A stretch of DNA of 64,000 nucleotides from Candidatus Eiseniibacteriota bacterium (GTDB lineage Bacteria > Orphanbacterota > Orphanbacteria > Orphanbacterales > Orphanbacteraceae), in assembly GCA_043809585.1 (NCBI GenBank), contig JBDROZ010000087.1, positions 1-64,000 on the forward strand. The letters run 5' to 3'. Within the stretch, counting starts at the first letter, position 1. Every line of letters begins with the position of its first letter. Below are positions 60,374 through 64,000 of the stretch, one piece after another. A program made the position numbers and the translations under genes. Under the pieces are notes generated by a model that saw only the letters and a program-made list of their open reading frames with translations, searched no databases and was not told the origin of the DNA.

Positions 60374-61485
60374 GGCGCCCCTCTCCTTCGTCCGTAGACC
60401 GATCCCGCCCCCTCCCTCCGGAAGAGCGGAACGCACGAAGCCGAATCGGGGGGCGCCGGCGACCGGTAAGAGATCACGTAGTCGGCCCCCCGCCGCACCC
60501 GGCTCGGGTAGAGATAGAACGCCCCCTTCTCCCACGGGTATGGTTCGGGAGCCCGAAGATCCACAGCGGCCCCTTCGGGGATGCGGCGCTTTGCCTCGAT
60601 GATCAGGGGAAAGAACCCCGGCGGATTCACCAACTCCGTCTTCTCCATCAGGGATTTTCCCCCGAACCGGGCGGTTTCGGCCCGCGCGATCCGGATTTCG
60701 TCGACGGCGCTTCGCGCGAAGAAGAGAAGGACTCCGGCGAGTAGCCAACGGGGGAGGATCTGTGTGACCTCCGCCGCGAAGCCGCTCCTTCTTCGGAGCG
60801 CGAGGGCGGCGGGGAGAAGAACGAAAAGGACGCCGAGCAGAAGGGAGTAGGGGATCTTGCCGACGGAGGCGCCGAGGATGCCGTTCACCGAATAGTGGGA
60901 CCGGAGCTCGGTCCTCCCGAACGCCGTCCAACCGTCGCCCAGGATTTCGCCGATTCCCTCGGCCCGCCGGACCTCGAAGGCCTCGAGACGGAGCGACCGG
61001 GCCCCCCGGCCGGGGGAGATCAGGAAGCGATCGATCCTCCCTCGCCACGACGGGTTTTCACCGAGGCGAACCACGGTTCGGCCGTCCGGTATCTCAGCGC
61101 GCCACTCGGCGACGAAGCCCCGCGCCTCGTCGTCGGTCCAGTAGAGTACGGCCCCCGTCCCCGCCGGCTCCGTGGCGATCCGCACTTCCACGCGGTCGAG
61201 CCGCTCTCCGTCGATCTCGAGACCGCCGGGGCTGATGAGGGCGGCGGTCGCATCCTCCGTTCCGTCGAGCCGGAGCCCTCCGGGCCCCGCCCGGAGGAGA
61301 CCCCCCGTGGCGCCCCACCCCGCGGGATCGCCTCCGGAGAAGTCGTAGCGGAGAGGCTCGGACCGGAGATCACGGCCCGAGGCGCCCGTCCCGAGGGAGA
61401 GGAGCAAGAAAAGGGCGATCGTGCATGCTCGGATCCGGCGAGAAGCCAAGGCAACCTCCCCAGGCGGCGGGCCGCCCAGCGCCAT
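60370..61485 (-). CDS. Membrane protein with N-terminal extracellular beta-domain, paralog of 57142-57696
   Basis: Signal/TM, beta-rich domain (YDFSGG...W.G.IDR), then the shared RAPEPYPWEKGAFYLYP module; start uncertain. Confidence 0.7.
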   Translation of the reverse strand: MALGGPPPGEVALASRRIRACTIALFLLLSLGTGASGRDLRSEPLRYDFSGGDPAGWGATGGLLRAGPGGLRLDGTEDATAALISPGGLEIDGERLDRVEVRIATEPAGTGAVLYWTDDEARGFVAEWRAEIPDGRTVVRLGENPSWRGRIDRFLISPGRGARSLRLEAFEVRRAEGIGEILGDGWTAFGRTELRSHYSVNGILGASVGKIPYSLLLGVLFVLLPAALALRRRSGFAAEVTQILPRWLLAGVLLFFARSAVDEIRIARAETARFGGKSLMEKTELVNPPGFFPLIIEAKRRIPEGAAVDLRAPEPYPWEKGAFYLYPSRVRRGADYVISYRSPAPPDSASCVPLFRREGAGSVYGRRRGAP

Positions 61486-61600
61486 GGTACACGACCCCCC
61501 GCCCGAAAGCGAGAGAGGCCCGTCCTTGCGGCCGTCGCCCCGCCTCTCTATAATCGGACCCTCAGGGCCGCGCCGCGGTCGAATAGGGAGGGATAGGCAG

Positions 61601-63733
61601 ATGAAGATTCGAGTGCTCGGCGCGCTACTCGCGATCGCGCTCCCCGCCGCCGCTCTCGGCGAAGCACGCATCGTGCACCACACGATCCGGGCGAAGATCG
61701 ATCCGGAAAGCTCCCGGCTCGTTGCGAGCGACCGTTTGACCGTGGAGGGGCACGACTCGAGCATGCTTCGCTTTCTTCTCCACCGGGACCTGAAGATCAA
61801 GACGATCCGGTTGGAAGAGCGGGACCTCCGCTGGGAGGAGAAAGCCTACGATTCGTCCCGTTGGGGGGAGGAGGAAGGGTCCGAGGGGTCGTCGTACGAC
61901 GGGACGAGAGAAGTGGCCGTCAATCTTCGCGGGCCGGAGCAAGGTCGTTTCGAGCTTCTGGTCGAGTACGAGGGGGTCGTTCTCGATTCCCTCCACCCGC
62001 CGAAAGAGGCGTACGGCCGCTCCTTCATGACCACGTCGGGGCTCATCGAGGAACGGGGGGCCTACCTCGCCGGCTCGACGGTCTGGACGCCGACGATTCC
62101 GGGCGATCTCTTCACGTTCCGTCTCGAGGCGCTCGTTCCGTCGGATTGGGAATCGGTGAGCCAGGGGACCCTCGCGGCGCGCTACGAGGAGGGCGTCCAC
62201 CGCGTCGGACGGTGGGAGTCGAAAGACCCGATGGAGGAGATCTACCTCGTGGCCGGTCCCTACGTCTTCCGGGAGACCGAGGCGGGGGGGAGGAGATTCC
62301 AGTCCTACCTGTACGAGGCGGGGGACGGGCAGGAACTCCACGAGCGGTACGCCGCCGCCACGGGCGATCTTCTCGAGCGGTACTCCCGGGAGATCGGCGA
62401 GTACCCGTTCCCGAAGTTCGCGCTGGTCGAGAACTTTTGGCAGACCGGATTCGGGATGCCCTCCTTCACGCTCCTCGGCACTCAGGTGATCCGTCTTCCC
62501 TTCATCATCCATACCTCCTACGGGCACGAGATCCTGCACAACTGGTGGGGGAACGGCGTGTTCGTCGATTGGGAGCGGGGGAACTGGTGCGAGGGGCTGA
62601 CCGCTTACGGCGCCGACTACGCGTTCAAGAAGGAGAGAAGCGACGCGGAGGCGGCCCAGTACAGGCGGGGCGAGCTTCAGAAGTACCGGGACTATGTGAG
62701 CGCCAATGAGGATTTTCCTCTGGTCGACTTTCGGAGCCGCTCCGACGCGTCGACCCAGGCCGTGGGCTACTCGAAGTCGACGATGGTCTTTCACATGCTT
62801 CGGAATTTCATCGGCGAGGGGGCGTTCCGTGAGGGGCTCCGGGCTCTTTTCCGGGACCGGAAGTTCCAAGTCGCGGGGTGGACCGACCTCCGGGCCGCGT
62901 TCGAGAAGGCGAGCGGCGCCGATCTGGAGATGTTCTTCGAGCAGTGGACGACGCGGAGGGGCGCCCCCTCGCTCAATCTCGAGAGCGTGGAGGCGACGAA
63001 AGGGTGGAGCGGAAAGTACACGGTGAAGGGGGTGGTTCGGCAGGGGGAGCCGCCCTTCCATGTCGACGCGCCGCTCGTGATCGAGACGGGTGCGGGGAAG
63101 GACACCCTCACCGTGTATTTGACGGGGAAGGAGATGAAGTTCGAATGGAGCGGGTCGGACCTGCCCCGGGCGGTGTCGGTGGACCCGGAGTTCGATCTCT
63201 TCCGCCGTCTCGACCGGACCGAGATCCCGCCCGCTCTCTCGGGAACGCTCGGCGCCGATTCACTCCTCATCGTGCTGCCGCCGGAGGGGGCCTGCGCGTT
63301 CGACGGGGAGCTCGCCGTTCTCGCGGAGCAGTGGGGGAAGGCCCCGGGGGCGACGGTCGTGCGCGGGGCGGTGCCGGAGGCGTTCCTGAACCGGCGGGGG
63401 GTCTGGCTCCTCGGACCGACGGTTTACACGGAGCGCTTTCTGGAGTCGTTGCCGGCCGGGAGCGGTTTGGACGGGGAGGATTGGGTGACGCCGTCGGGGC
63501 GGTTCCCGGCCGGGGGCCACACGGCGGTGCTCACGGCGCGGCACCCGGGAAATCCGGACATGACGTGGTCTCTCGTGATGCCGCCGGAGGGAGAGCCCGT
63601 CGCTTCGATCGGAAGGAAGATCCCCCACTACGGGCGATACGGCTACCTGGTGTTCGAGGGGGACACGAACGTGGACAAGGGGGAGTGGGCGGTCACCGAG
63701 TCGCCGCTCCGGGTGACGGTGGAAGTGAAGTAG
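61601..63733 (+). CDS. Secreted M1-family aminopeptidase
   Basis: YPFPKFALVE, GFGMP, HEILHNWWGN..V...GNWCEGL (HExxH-18-E), Y.K..MVFHMLR, DP.FD.FR. Confidence 0.9.
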   Translation: MKIRVLGALLAIALPAAALGEARIVHHTIRAKIDPESSRLVASDRLTVEGHDSSMLRFLLHRDLKIKTIRLEERDLRWEEKAYDSSRWGEEEGSEGSSYDGTREVAVNLRGPEQGRFELLVEYEGVVLDSLHPPKEAYGRSFMTTSGLIEERGAYLAGSTVWTPTIPGDLFTFRLEALVPSDWESVSQGTLAARYEEGVHRVGRWESKDPMEEIYLVAGPYVFRETEAGGRRFQSYLYEAGDGQELHERYAAATGDLLERYSREIGEYPFPKFALVENFWQTGFGMPSFTLLGTQVIRLPFIIHTSYGHEILHNWWGNGVFVDWERGNWCEGLTAYGADYAFKKERSDAEAAQYRRGELQKYRDYVSANEDFPLVDFRSRSDASTQAVGYSKSTMVFHMLRNFIGEGAFREGLRALFRDRKFQVAGWTDLRAAFEKASGADLEMFFEQWTTRRGAPSLNLESVEATKGWSGKYTVKGVVRQGEPPFHVDAPLVIETGAGKDTLTVYLTGKEMKFEWSGSDLPRAVSVDPEFDLFRRLDRTEIPPALSGTLGADSLLIVLPPEGACAFDGELAVLAEQWGKAPGATVVRGAVPEAFLNRRGVWLLGPTVYTERFLESLPAGSGLDGEDWVTPSGRFPAGGHTAVLTARHPGNPDMTWSLVMPPEGEPVASIGRKIPHYGRYGYLVFEGDTNVDKGEWAVTESPLRVTVEVK

Positions 63734-63778
63734 GAGATGAGGGGGGTGCGTTTGGTGGCACGCACTCCTTGAAAAAGC

Positions 63779-63954
63779 CCGGCGGGACGGGGGATCGGGT
63801 GAGGGAGGGGTTGGGGCATAGCCGGGGAGCCCAAGGAAGACATGCGCAACGCAGACACTATGCGTCCGGAGAAAGGGAGGGTTTTCTCCCGCCGCACGAC
63901 GAGCGTCCAAGCCCGCCCCAATCCCCTCCCTCACCCGATCCCCCGCCCCGCCGG
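63779..63954 (-). repeat. About 175-bp MITE/REP-like element, copy 3 (inverted and diverged relative to copies 1-2)
   Basis: TIR ccggcgggacgggggatcgggtgagggagggg / cccctccctcacccgatcccccgccccgccgg; reverse complement retains ggacgctcg, gggagaaaaccctccc.ttctccggac, gctccccgg.tatgcccc. Confidence 0.85.
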
Positions 63955-64000
63955 AAGGAGGGGAAGCGGAAACAGCGGAGTGGGCGGGCTTGTCAGCCCG

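Noticed and set aside
63763-63778. Sigma54-like TGGCAC site near the end of the M1 gene
   Set aside because: No TTGC at the required -12 spacing; it is part of a small hairpin after the stop codon.

Overview
High-GC bacterial chromosomal window. A FlgD-Ig/secretion-type C-terminal domain on the M28 peptidase and the many TPR and GT-C proteins suggest an FCB-related candidate phylum such as Eisenbacteria or Latescibacteria (inference only). No rRNA, tRNA, CRISPR array or intact transposase was seen. Layout: (1) 1-11.6 kb: two divergent glutamate dehydrogenases flanked by three PPDK_N/ATP-grasp proteins. These lack the PEP-binding barrel but share a G[ST]HFF His motif. One is fused to a nucleotidyltransferase and coupled to a metallophosphoesterase, making a candidate writer/eraser system for GDH. 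(2) 12-23.6 kb: mixed housekeeping genes (sixA, a Mut7-C/CheR fusion, acpS, tyrS, macrodomain, DinB, aminotransferase, CPBP protease). (3) 23.7-43.7 kb: envelope glycosylation (GT4, GT2, GT9, several GT-C, sulfatase-like, heparinase-like, Wzx). (4) 43.9-52.3 kb: RHH-sat-AP-cysC-AP-AP-small protein-DUF106-like operon. Three non-homologous partner proteins carry the same C-terminal LxxLGY tail, while the three alkaline-phosphatase-superfamily (AP) enzymes lack it. (5) 52.3-64 kb: MITE/REP-like repeats, an M28 peptidase with an in-frame repeat insertion, a circularly permuted iPGM, an inverted duplicated two-gene GT-C module and an M1 aminopeptidase. Three genes carry +1 frameshifts in G/C homopolymers, probably sequencing errors. 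All family assignments are from motif recognition by eye, not database searches.
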